24,000 bases of DNA from Oscillospiraceae bacterium (GCA_017435565.1 JAFSEU010000004.1:10323-34322); one strand, 5' to 3'; positions 7,288 through 15,989 are shown, counted from the first letter of the stretch. The notes: generated by a model not told the origin, from the sequence alone. Numbers and translations: made by a program.

Positions 7288-7380
7288 AAAACGTGTCCAA
7301 ATGGATACAAATTGATGAATGCTACAAAATCGGCACATCAGATTTGTGCAAGGTGTTCAAAACGTGTCCAAATGGACACG
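7288..7380 (+). repeat. 93-bp direct repeat, copy B
   Basis: See copy A. The first palindrome is degenerate (CGTGTCCAAATGGATACA). The second is intact (CGTGTCCAAATGGACACG, ending at 7380). Confidence 0.85.
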
Positions 7381-7559
7381 CAAAGGAATCATCTATCCAT
7401 GTTTTATTCTAATCCTTTTGCCACAATCTTCTGTTAACTAGATTCGTGATATTATGTATTTTGATATCATCTCTTTTATCAATTTACTTTAATATATGAT
7501 CAATACCAATTCTTTCATTGAACGCAATGTAAACGCTAAAAAGCATAATGCTGCGCTTG

Positions 7560-8117
7560 TCAATTTTTACTCATATTTGCAAAAAATCTATCATAATCTT
7601 TCTGAATGATTTTTGTAGTGTTTTCCTTAAATTTAGCTATTTTAGCTTTTGCTCTTGCACCGTCATCTTCAAAATCCCCGCTTTTATCAATTGATAAATA
7701 ATCATCCGTATTTGCAGCAAATTTGTGACATTCCATAGTAAGCTCAGAACGGCACTTGCTGTATCGAAGCCACGTTTCTTTATATGCAGCTAATATTTTT
7801 ATACCATTGAAGATACTGACAAAAGCTGCGCATACAGCTGCTGCAATATTTATCCAAAGCGCAATATCAGATGGTACCGCAGCAGCTATAACATTCAAAA
7901 GACTGATTACAGCAGTGAAAATTATAAGCATACATTCTGAAATACGCCACCAGAATTTATTATAGTCCGAGTATTCAGATAAGTCATTTATATTCTGGTA
8001 AATGTTTTCTATGTATTCTTTATCCGCTGTAATATTGGCTTTCTCTAATGTTTCGTCCCACTTTTTTTGGCAATATCCTTTATAGCCCTCATTTGACTTC
8101 CATTTTTTCTTAATCAT
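7560..8117 (-). CDS. rdrD: SLATT-like 2TM protein (DUF4231-like), last gene of the RADAR-type operon
   Basis: 185 aa. A cytoplasmic N-terminal region is followed by two adjacent TM helices (WWRISECMLIIFTAVISLLNVIAAAV; IALWINIAAAVCAAFVSIFNGIKILAAY). Next comes the conserved post-TM helix KETWLRYSKCRSELTMECHKF. AGGAGAAAG RBS. It starts 30 nt after the upstream gene. Confidence 0.7.
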   Translation of the reverse strand: MIKKKWKSNEGYKGYCQKKWDETLEKANITADKEYIENIYQNINDLSEYSDYNKFWWRISECMLIIFTAVISLLNVIAAAVPSDIALWINIAAAVCAAFVSIFNGIKILAAYKETWLRYSKCRSELTMECHKFAANTDDYLSIDKSGDFEDDGARAKAKIAKFKENTTKIIQKDYDRFFANMSKN

Positions 8118-8147
8118 TTAATCTTTCTCCTACTTGTATAATTTATG

Positions 8148-8927
8148 TTAATTCGACTGAACTCTGATAATATCTTCAAAATTCTTCCATTGATATGTCA
8201 CACCGGTTTTGCCGATAGTAGTGTGTTCAAGATATTTTATCTGTGTTTCACCATCCCACATATTAAAATCAGCTATATAATAACTATCCTTCGTTTCGTA
8301 TATAATTGCATATCTATCATCAATAAACCTATATCTCGACTCATTCTTGGTCAAATTATAGCTCATATGCCAAACAAAGACACATAAGGCCGCCGTAACA
8401 ATTGGCGCAATTACTGCGACCCCTTTAATCAACTTACAGTTATTAATCGTTTCATTTTCGTATAACTTAATAGAATTGTAAATAGCAAGATTCGGATAGA
8501 GAATAGTAATATGAAACATTATTGTAAAAAGAACGAAGTTAAACATAAATGAATGTTCATTATACCTGTTATTTCCATTTAAAAGCAAAAATAAAAGAAC
8601 AGAGGACACAAAATACAACAATGTTATCACCAATATTTTTTTGATCAATCTTAGTTTAGATAATATTATCGGTAAGGGAATAAATATTATTGCTAAAACA
8701 AATATAGAAAACAGAATTGACATTAGAACATCAGCAATTAAATTATCATCAAAAATAGATATTGCTGAATTATCAATTCCAAGGCAATTCAGTTTTGCCC
8801 TTTCAAATATATACCCTATGAATTTCAAAAATGCAGCGCAACTTCCGATAAGTAAAGTTGCCGTCAAGCTTATTGCTTCCTTATTGTTTTTTATATAAGT
8901 CATCATCTTATTAAAAAGCTCACTCAT
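8148..8927 (-). CDS. multi-pass membrane protein (about 5 TM) with a ~70-aa soluble C-terminal domain, function unknown
   Basis: Very hydrophobic segments (LTATLLIGSCAAFLKFIGYIF, LMSILFSIFVLAIIFIPLPIIL, ILVITLLYFVSSVLLFLLL, FNFVLFTIMFHITILYP, VAVIAPIVTAALCVFVW). The ATG at 8927 has an AGGAAG RBS 7 nt upstream. The ORF-track start at 8966 is a GTG with no RBS. Confidence 0.65.
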   Translation of the reverse strand: MSELFNKMMTYIKNNKEAISLTATLLIGSCAAFLKFIGYIFERAKLNCLGIDNSAISIFDDNLIADVLMSILFSIFVLAIIFIPLPIILSKLRLIKKILVITLLYFVSSVLLFLLLNGNNRYNEHSFMFNFVLFTIMFHITILYPNLAIYNSIKLYENETINNCKLIKGVAVIAPIVTAALCVFVWHMSYNLTKNESRYRFIDDRYAIIYETKDSYYIADFNMWDGETQIKYLEHTTIGKTGVTYQWKNFEDIIRVQSN

Positions 8928-9024
8928 ATTTACACTTCCTATATTAAAAATATTTCGATAATACACAGAATTTTACTCTATGTATTATCACAAAAATTTC
9001 ATTTATGCTAAACGACTATTATTA

Positions 9025-11616
9025 TCAATATGCAAAAGATTGCTCATTTCCCATTTTGCGAATTTCATCAAGCCATTTCATAATTTCGAATCGCGAATAC
9101 ATATAGTTACCCTTACTGTCTTTTTTGTTTTCCAAATAAAACAGCAGATATGCATACTCGTTACTTATGCAAGTGGAAAACACACTTTTATCATCAGTAT
9201 TAATCGATACATTAAGCTGCACTTTGCTTGGATCTTTTTTAAGTGCATTATCATAAAAATCAGTAATCGGGTGCTCGCTGTAATCATTGATTGCACTTAT
9301 AAAAACGTTGGAGGAAGGATTTGTTTCAATTCCAATGCTTTCAAGTGAAATATTGCGCTTCATATCATCCTGTATCAGAGAAAGCCCTTCCAAGAAATAA
9401 TCAGGCAGTTTTTCAACGGCGCATTTCTCACCTTTTTCTCTCACTATTTCGCTATAATGATACAAATGATAAAGATAACATGCCTCAAAGCTCTTCCGTG
9501 CTTCTTTCATACGTTCTTTGGTATTACATATTCTATACTCTTGTTTACCGCTGCACCATTCTGAAATAAAACCTTTTTTATAAAGTAATGGATCATCTCC
9601 TCTAAGTAAATATGATAAGTAATAGTGTTGCATATCAAACTTGCATTTATTAAATTCCAAAAACTCTCCTTTCCAAAAACAGTTATATTTCATAGTCTCT
9701 TCCAAAATTTTCTGTACAAATGAAGAATGTATATCATCAGAATATATTATTTGGAAATACCAGTCAAATTTCTCTTGCAAGTAAGAACGGAGACGCGCAT
9801 ATCCGTCAAATTCAATGTTGTGCTCTTGAAAATAATAATACATCCATACTATATTATCCAAAAAAACTTGAATCGGGATTGACAATGGATTCCGTATTTC
9901 ACTATAGTATTTCTCAGGTGGTATTCCGAGTAATGTTGCGTGTCCCAAACGGGAACCCGAGCGTAGATCTAAAAATGTTATCGCTTCGTCAATAGCACGC
10001 AGACCGTCAGCAAGGTCATAGTTATCTTCCCCAACATGATAAGTAGCTTTCAATTGCTGTAAAAGAGATTTATCAATCTGTCGTTTTTCTGCGTCATAAT
10101 ATTGCAGAAAACGAAACATTGGTGCAAACACCTCAGGACGACAGTCCATTTCTTCGCCAGATGCATCTATACCATAAATCCTTTTCGCGGTGTCATAGTG
10201 CAAATCAAAAATGATGTGTGCTTTTTGCTCAATTTCCTGGCGCAAATTATGATGACGACAGAACCCTTCTTGAAATTCTTCAGATTTCTTCACAAAGTGA
10301 AGTGTATAGAAGAAATTTCTGTCTGATTCGAGTGTTCCTTTATGATTTGTTCTACTCAAAGCATCCTCAATTGCGTCGTCATAAACCCGGATAGCCTCTA
10401 TCATTTCGCTACGGCTTTTCTGAGGAGAAATTCTCAGTTCCATTCTATAGATTTTATTGCATTCAATCACGCTGGATATAGTATCCGCGGCAACCGTGCG
10501 TTCATCAGCCCAAGGAATAATACCATCTTTGCGTGCCTGATATTGATTAAAATTATAAAACCCTCTGCGTGAATTGGTCTGAACAAACTCACTATAAAAC
10601 CGATGCTTGAGTATGAGATATAAAAATAACATCTGTTTTATTAATTCATAATCACCTTTACGACAAGCAATTTTCATGAGACAATTATAAAGGATATAAC
10701 GCTCGCCGGAAACAGAAAAATACTTTTGATTCACGTATTGCGCATATCGATGTGCATAATCTATTGTTCCAAGTGAATTCAGCGCATCACACTTTTCTTG
10801 TATTCTCTTTATAGGAAAGGTACAGATAGATTCAGATTCATAAGGAAGAACAGTATTGACAATCAACTTATATAACTCTTTCTTTTCATTCTCCATTTCT
10901 GTAACACTTAGGTATAAAAACAAACGGATAGCTGCAGCTTTTCGCCAAATCAGCTTGAGAGGATACTCCGAACCCTTACATAAAAAATTGTTCAACACAT
11001 CAGACTGAATCTGTTCAATCCACTTTTCATACCAGGCACTTGAAATATTATTCATAAGATATACCCACGAGATATCGAAATACGAAGACGAACCACGCAG
11101 ATGAAAGTGATTATCAGAAATACCGATATCTCTTTGCAGCATCCGATTCAGTTCGTGGTTGTCATGCTCAATACAATAACTCCAATCCATTTGAATTCGC
11201 ATCGAATTCCCTCTGCGAATGTCGTCCTGAACAATTGCAGAGGTAACAAATATTTCCTCACCGATTTCCTTAACTACAGTTCTCCAGATATCTGTATATA
11301 TGTACTTAAAACGATAACGGTTATCACTGCGTACAATCATTTCTCTGGAAAAGTTAAACAGAACATCAAAAAAATCAACCTTTTCCCCTTTCCGCTCATC
11401 ATTGTCATAAAGGCGATCCAAAAGAGCGGTTATATGATTCTGTAACTCCTGAAAATGATATTCCGGAAATACATCAATTAGCATTTTTGTCAGTTCGTTT
11501 CTGCTGAATTCACTGACATTATAGGTGTTAGCTTTCTTCCACAATTCTTTTGTTGTGGTGTTATAATATACTGCACGAAAGAATCGGGCGGAAAATAGAT
11601 TATTGTGACGGGTCAT
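9025..11616 (-). CDS. rdrB: large divergent adenosine-deaminase-fold protein (RdrB-like)
   Basis: All four amidohydrolase/ADA signature motifs occur in the canonical order. These are NHFHLRGS (HxH, nt 11101-11109), YHVGED (HxGE, about nt 10027-10038), RLGHATLLG (GH, about nt 9940-9945) and SINTDDKSVF (TDD, nt 9190-9198). The ATG at 11616 has AAGGAGAG 6 nt upstream. An alternative ATG at 11649 overlaps the rdrA stop (ATGA) but lacks an RBS. Confidence 0.78.
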   Translation of the reverse strand: MTRHNNLFSARFFRAVYYNTTTKELWKKANTYNVSEFSRNELTKMLIDVFPEYHFQELQNHITALLDRLYDNDERKGEKVDFFDVLFNFSREMIVRSDNRYRFKYIYTDIWRTVVKEIGEEIFVTSAIVQDDIRRGNSMRIQMDWSYCIEHDNHELNRMLQRDIGISDNHFHLRGSSSYFDISWVYLMNNISSAWYEKWIEQIQSDVLNNFLCKGSEYPLKLIWRKAAAIRLFLYLSVTEMENEKKELYKLIVNTVLPYESESICTFPIKRIQEKCDALNSLGTIDYAHRYAQYVNQKYFSVSGERYILYNCLMKIACRKGDYELIKQMLFLYLILKHRFYSEFVQTNSRRGFYNFNQYQARKDGIIPWADERTVAADTISSVIECNKIYRMELRISPQKSRSEMIEAIRVYDDAIEDALSRTNHKGTLESDRNFFYTLHFVKKSEEFQEGFCRHHNLRQEIEQKAHIIFDLHYDTAKRIYGIDASGEEMDCRPEVFAPMFRFLQYYDAEKRQIDKSLLQQLKATYHVGEDNYDLADGLRAIDEAITFLDLRSGSRLGHATLLGIPPEKYYSEIRNPLSIPIQVFLDNIVWMYYYFQEHNIEFDGYARLRSYLQEKFDWYFQIIYSDDIHSSFVQKILEETMKYNCFWKGEFLEFNKCKFDMQHYYLSYLLRGDDPLLYKKGFISEWCSGKQEYRICNTKERMKEARKSFEACYLYHLYHYSEIVREKGEKCAVEKLPDYFLEGLSLIQDDMKRNISLESIGIETNPSSNVFISAINDYSEHPITDFYDNALKKDPSKVQLNVSINTDDKSVFSTCISNEYAYLLFYLENKKDSKGNYMYSRFEIMKWLDEIRKMGNEQSFAY

Positions 11617-11645
11617 TTTACTCTCCTTCTTTTTTTCGTATAGTA

Positions 11646-14261
11646 TCATTTAGATTGTCGAATTAATAGCTTATTTATAGTTTTTTGGGGATTTTTAATT
11701 CCGCAACCATTAGAAAAGATTTCGTCGTATTCTTTGTATCTTGAACTATCAATATTTTCTTTTAGGTCACCGCAATACTTTTGTACTATAATATGATTTC
11801 TAAACATTTCTGAAAATCTACAACTATCTTCAGTAAGGTGGTAAACATCATCATTTTCTTTCAATTTCTTGTAGATTATTTCATATAATTTTTGAATTGT
11901 TTCCAATGGTGTTCTTTGGTTAGCTTTTGTATCTCTCAAATTCATTTCGCTACTATATAGAATATAGTAAACCGCTCTTTTGATAACATTATATGCCAAA
12001 TCCGTATGCTTAAGGAAAAACCAAAGGATATTACTTTGTTGTAATGATGTCTGTAATTCTTTCATCAACCCTGTTACTACAGAATTGATATCATCAACAT
12101 TTGCATCAATGTTGGAATGACGTAAAATGGCAGTCAATAGCTCTGATATCGAATAAACTGTATTTCCAGCGTCATCACATTTGCTTCGGTATATATATGA
12201 TAATTCATTTATAAATTTCATATTTGTAAGACGTTCTTCAGCACACAATGAATTTATAATAAACGAAGTGGGATCAATATGATTTTCTATATGATATTCT
12301 GTTGTTATGTAGTTCTGGTTCACAATATATGGTTCTCTCGTCGAACGTGATGACATAAGCAATAATAATAATAAATCATATACAAAAAACCGAAACTTAA
12401 TATTTTCTGTATTTAAAATTAATGTGCCATTTGCATCTTCATCACAAAAATCACAGAATGCTTCAGGATAAATCAATGTATCGAGAGAGCCTTCAAATAG
12501 ATCTTTGCACCAAGTTCCTAACAATGTATATCCGAATATATCTCGTAGGTTACGATAATTATCTTTTTTTAGAAAATAGTCTTCAGTTGAACTACTATTT
12601 TTCCATTTTTCATCTTCTACACACTGAGGTAATGAGAAAGAAAAAGATGCCAGAATAAATCGGATTAACTTTTGATCCATTAGACCGATTCTTGAAGCAC
12701 TGTATAGGATTCTGAAAAGCTCTCCAAAACTATAATTATCAATCACATATCGATTTTTCTCTTCATTAAAGAAATTTTCACCATAAATACTAACTATACG
12801 TTTTTGTTCGTCTTCTGAGGTCAAACAATTATAGTAATATTCCCATATTCTTTTTCCACGACGATCGATAGGTTCAGCAAGAAATTCTCTAATTAATTTC
12901 TCTTCTCTTTGAGAAAAATCATACTCAGGAAACAATTTAAAATATAGGTAATCCAACAAAATTTTCACATTTGCTTTCCGACTAAGTAGAAGCGTTATAT
13001 CAGTGCTTTCTGAACGTTTTAAGGATGCAATATCCTTCATCTGGTAAATCATATAAAAGATGTCATATAGATTTCTGAGGCTATCGGGTTCCATAAAGTG
13101 AAATTTATTTCCTTTAGCATCTAAATAAACCTGCGTCCTATCAGCAAGTATTATTAAAACCAATTCCTTTGGACTTACGGCATAATCCGCATCCATTCCG
13201 TTTTCTTCTAATTTCTTAAATAATATACTATGCTTTAATGCAGGAAAATTCTTTCTGTATTCATCAAGCTTTGCTGATGTTCCTAAGTTTATACGTACAG
13301 GTGTTAAAGCACGATAGTCATACTTTCTCCATGACGGCATAGTGATTCTCATATCAGATGGAATAATCTTTCTGAGGAAATCATGTGTATGTTCAAATGC
13401 AAGGTGAAGGTTTTGTTTGTTTTTTTCTTCAGTAGTACTCAAACGCAAAAAAGTTTCTTTCTGCAACGATGCTGTCAACACCGGAAGATTAAGTGTAACC
13501 ATCACGATCATATGTGGAATCATAAGATATTGGTGTATACACTGCATAATACGCATATGATTCTGCCTAGACATATCAATATCATCGATACAAATAATCA
13601 GATGCATATCATTAGTGCTACTGTTTGGCTCAAATAATTCTTTATGAAAATTAGTGTATTTTAGCACTAAATTTGTGAACTCTTCCCTAATACTATATCT
13701 ATCTGAAAGCTTTTCCATAGAATTATATGAAGAAGTGAGATTATCATTGCACTTAAGACTCACATAATGTCCGTAAATATTGCATATATCTTCTTTGATC
13801 ATTCTCGCATTATCATAGCGTTCCTTTTTGTACGGAAAATCTTCACGTTTCGATTTCTCATCAATCTTTTTGAACATGCTTGAAAGAATAATAAGAAAAA
13901 TATCTTCGGTTTCATCAAGGATAGCCGCATTGATATATGGCAACTGGATAAAACAATTTGATATTTTAACTTCATCGGTATGCTTAACATCCGATAATGA
14001 ATCTGCAACCGATAACATTGCCGATGTTTTACCGGTTCCTCGTCTACCCATAAAAGCTATTACATTATGTATTTCATCTTGGTGAGTTATGCGCTTACTG
14101 GTTGCACATATTGTCTCGACCAATCTAAAAGCTTGCGTATAAGTCTTATTTAGGAATCCATCATCATTCATAGCATCAATCATTCTTCTTTGAATTCCAC
14201 GATTTAGCAAGCTCTCAAAAGGTATTCTGAGTTCATTCTGCATTTTTATCCGTCCTTTCAT
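11646..14261 (-). CDS. rdrA: large P-loop ATPase (RdrA-like)
   Basis: 871 aa. Walker A MGRRGTGKTS (nt 14022-14048). Walker B LIICIDDIDM (nt 13572-13601). A long helical C-terminal region has no other motif I recognise. An alternative start at 14243 (MQNEL...) has a weak AAGGA RBS. Confidence 0.75.
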   Translation of the reverse strand: MKGRIKMQNELRIPFESLLNRGIQRRMIDAMNDDGFLNKTYTQAFRLVETICATSKRITHQDEIHNVIAFMGRRGTGKTSAMLSVADSLSDVKHTDEVKISNCFIQLPYINAAILDETEDIFLIILSSMFKKIDEKSKREDFPYKKERYDNARMIKEDICNIYGHYVSLKCNDNLTSSYNSMEKLSDRYSIREEFTNLVLKYTNFHKELFEPNSSTNDMHLIICIDDIDMSRQNHMRIMQCIHQYLMIPHMIVMVTLNLPVLTASLQKETFLRLSTTEEKNKQNLHLAFEHTHDFLRKIIPSDMRITMPSWRKYDYRALTPVRINLGTSAKLDEYRKNFPALKHSILFKKLEENGMDADYAVSPKELVLIILADRTQVYLDAKGNKFHFMEPDSLRNLYDIFYMIYQMKDIASLKRSESTDITLLLSRKANVKILLDYLYFKLFPEYDFSQREEKLIREFLAEPIDRRGKRIWEYYYNCLTSEDEQKRIVSIYGENFFNEEKNRYVIDNYSFGELFRILYSASRIGLMDQKLIRFILASFSFSLPQCVEDEKWKNSSSTEDYFLKKDNYRNLRDIFGYTLLGTWCKDLFEGSLDTLIYPEAFCDFCDEDANGTLILNTENIKFRFFVYDLLLLLLMSSRSTREPYIVNQNYITTEYHIENHIDPTSFIINSLCAEERLTNMKFINELSYIYRSKCDDAGNTVYSISELLTAILRHSNIDANVDDINSVVTGLMKELQTSLQQSNILWFFLKHTDLAYNVIKRAVYYILYSSEMNLRDTKANQRTPLETIQKLYEIIYKKLKENDDVYHLTEDSCRFSEMFRNHIIVQKYCGDLKENIDSSRYKEYDEIFSNGCGIKNPQKTINKLLIRQSK

Positions 14262-14747
14262 ATTTTAAGTCATCTTTACTTCTAAACTTGATGGCTATTT
14301 CATATCGGTAATCTCAAATTTCTTGCTCTATCAGCCATTTTCTGTTATCAATTAAATAGTGCTTTTTAAGTAAACTCTCTATGATAACAAGCATAGTTCT
14401 ATGATTCGTCTAAACTGTTTTATTAGACATTATTTATCGACTAATTCTATTGTGAATTGAGCTACAACTGTGATACAAGTATGTAAAAAATAAGTTTACT
14501 CTGTTGCACATTACAAAAACAAAAGTTTAACTTATTATCAAGAGTAGAACCGATATATCTAATTTTCACCTTCTACTATATATATCGTTGATTTTTCTTA
14601 AAATGATTAAAAAAAATGGAAAATTCGGCAAAATTCTACGTATTGCACAAAACGCTTCACAATTTTTAATGCAATATGTCGGGACGATTCCTATCCAACA
14701 ACCGATTTAAGCAAACCAGAAATGATATTAGGTCAATGGTAGATATA

Positions 14748-15989
14748 TCAGTGGCTCGGCACAACCCCCACAGCCAATGCCGCATATTTGTCAATATCAA
14801 TATGCTTCTCATCTGGCTCAGTAAATCCACCCGGCGTATATCCAACAGCCAATTCTTCAAATTTTTCAAGATTGTAGCTGTGTTCTCTTTCAATGACCTT
14901 GCGGTTCGGCGCAATACCGATTGCAAGTGCGGCAAGCTCATTGATGTCATAGCTATGCTCTCTTTTGGCGGCCTTGCTCGCTGAAACGGTATAGTTCATC
15001 AAGCAGGTAAGCGCATAGTTCTTTAGATTGCAGATGTTATCCCGTTTCAGAACGTTCTCGCAGATATCGGCAATATCGGACACACTCAGAGCTGCAATTT
15101 TCTCGATGATTTCTGTTTTCGGGCACAGCTCGCCGCCAACCCACATATTTTTTCTTTTTGTGCTGACTGCCTCTTTGAGCGCCGTTATGATTTTTTTATG
15201 GCGTGATTTATAATTCTCCAAAGACAATTTTTGTGATATTTGGTCTCTCAAATCCTCAGAAGAGATATAAATATAATTATCTAACTTAGAATTATTTAAT
15301 TTAGTGGTAAAAATCACACTTTGGTCTTGACAATTTTCACACGTCGGAATTTCCTTTTTTACATCACGCCTTGGCAAAAAAGAATCCGCATTTTCGGTCT
15401 TTTTCGCCTTGATTTTGGAAAGCTTGTCCGAAATTATGCGAAGTGTCATTTTTGCCATTTTTCCTGTAAGGCTCAAAATATTGCCCTTAGCGCTTCGGCG
15501 CACCTCGATGAGCCGTTCACGCTCAAGCGCAGAGAGCAGCTCACACGCCTTTTTGTTTCCGCAGGAAAGTGCCGATTGAATTTCCGTATTCTTAAATGCG
15601 CAGAACGTTTTGAGCGAGCTTAAAATTCTCGATGCAATAAAGGCATACAGAACGGCGCAATCGTTCCCTAAACTTAGCGCACCTTGCAGAATCATCACAA
15701 ACTGTCCGTCAATTTTCTTTATGTAATAGCGATTTCTGCCGCAGGATGTTATGAATCCGTAATTAGTAAGATTTTTGAGTGCCGAAAGGGCTGTCTTGCG
15801 TGAGCAGCTGAGCATTGTTGCCGCCGAATCGGGTGAGCAGAACACATACGGCTTGCCTTCTGCGTCCGTATATCCGTTGGCAAGAGAAAGCGAACGACGG
15901 GAGTGCAGCAGCATAAAGAGGATTTTCGCACGGCTGCAGAGTAATTTGTTTTCCAAGATTTCCTTGTGCATTATTAAAAATTTTGTCAT
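14748..15989 (-). CDS. RepA_N-type replication initiator-like protein (winged-helix N-terminus)
   Basis: The N-terminal pattern is typical of Firmicute RepA_N proteins on plasmids and ICEs: ...LLCSRAKILFMLLHSRRSLSLANGYTDAEGKPYVFCSPDSAATMLSCSRKTALSALKNLTNYGFI. A second similar wHTH-like module follows. The C-terminus carries three tandem ~25-aa repeats. Confidence 0.7.
   Translation of the reverse strand: MTKFLIMHKEILENKLLCSRAKILFMLLHSRRSLSLANGYTDAEGKPYVFCSPDSAATMLSCSRKTALSALKNLTNYGFITSCGRNRYYIKKIDGQFVMILQGALSLGNDCAVLYAFIASRILSSLKTFCAFKNTEIQSALSCGNKKACELLSALERERLIEVRRSAKGNILSLTGKMAKMTLRIISDKLSKIKAKKTENADSFLPRRDVKKEIPTCENCQDQSVIFTTKLNNSKLDNYIYISSEDLRDQISQKLSLENYKSRHKKIITALKEAVSTKRKNMWVGGELCPKTEIIEKIAALSVSDIADICENVLKRDNICNLKNYALTCLMNYTVSASKAAKREHSYDINELAALAIGIAPNRKVIEREHSYNLEKFEELAVGYTPGGFTEPDEKHIDIDKYAALAVGVVPSH

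Noticed and set aside
9025-11649. Reading the deaminase-motif protein as a housekeeping adenosine deaminase (add) or AMP deaminase.
   Set aside because: It is far larger than a metabolic Add enzyme. It has large insertions, is AT-rich, and is translationally linked to a giant ATPase and membrane effectors on a mobile element. Context and architecture argue for a conflict-system enzyme.
8980-14085. Plus-strand ORFs of 70-122 aa within the AT-rich operon (8980-9348, 11101-11445, 12422-12658, 13383-13637, 13828-14085 and others).
   Set aside because: They are antisense to long motif-bearing ORFs. They have no RBSs and their sequences do not look like real proteins.
14262-14747. Attempt to pinpoint the rdrA promoter in the 485-nt AT-rich leader. 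Candidates included TTGTAT-18-CACAAT and TTGATA-17-TTTTGT on the minus strand.
   Set aside because: Several equally weak -35/-10 combinations exist in this AT-rich DNA, and none is convincing by eye. This needs 5' end mapping.
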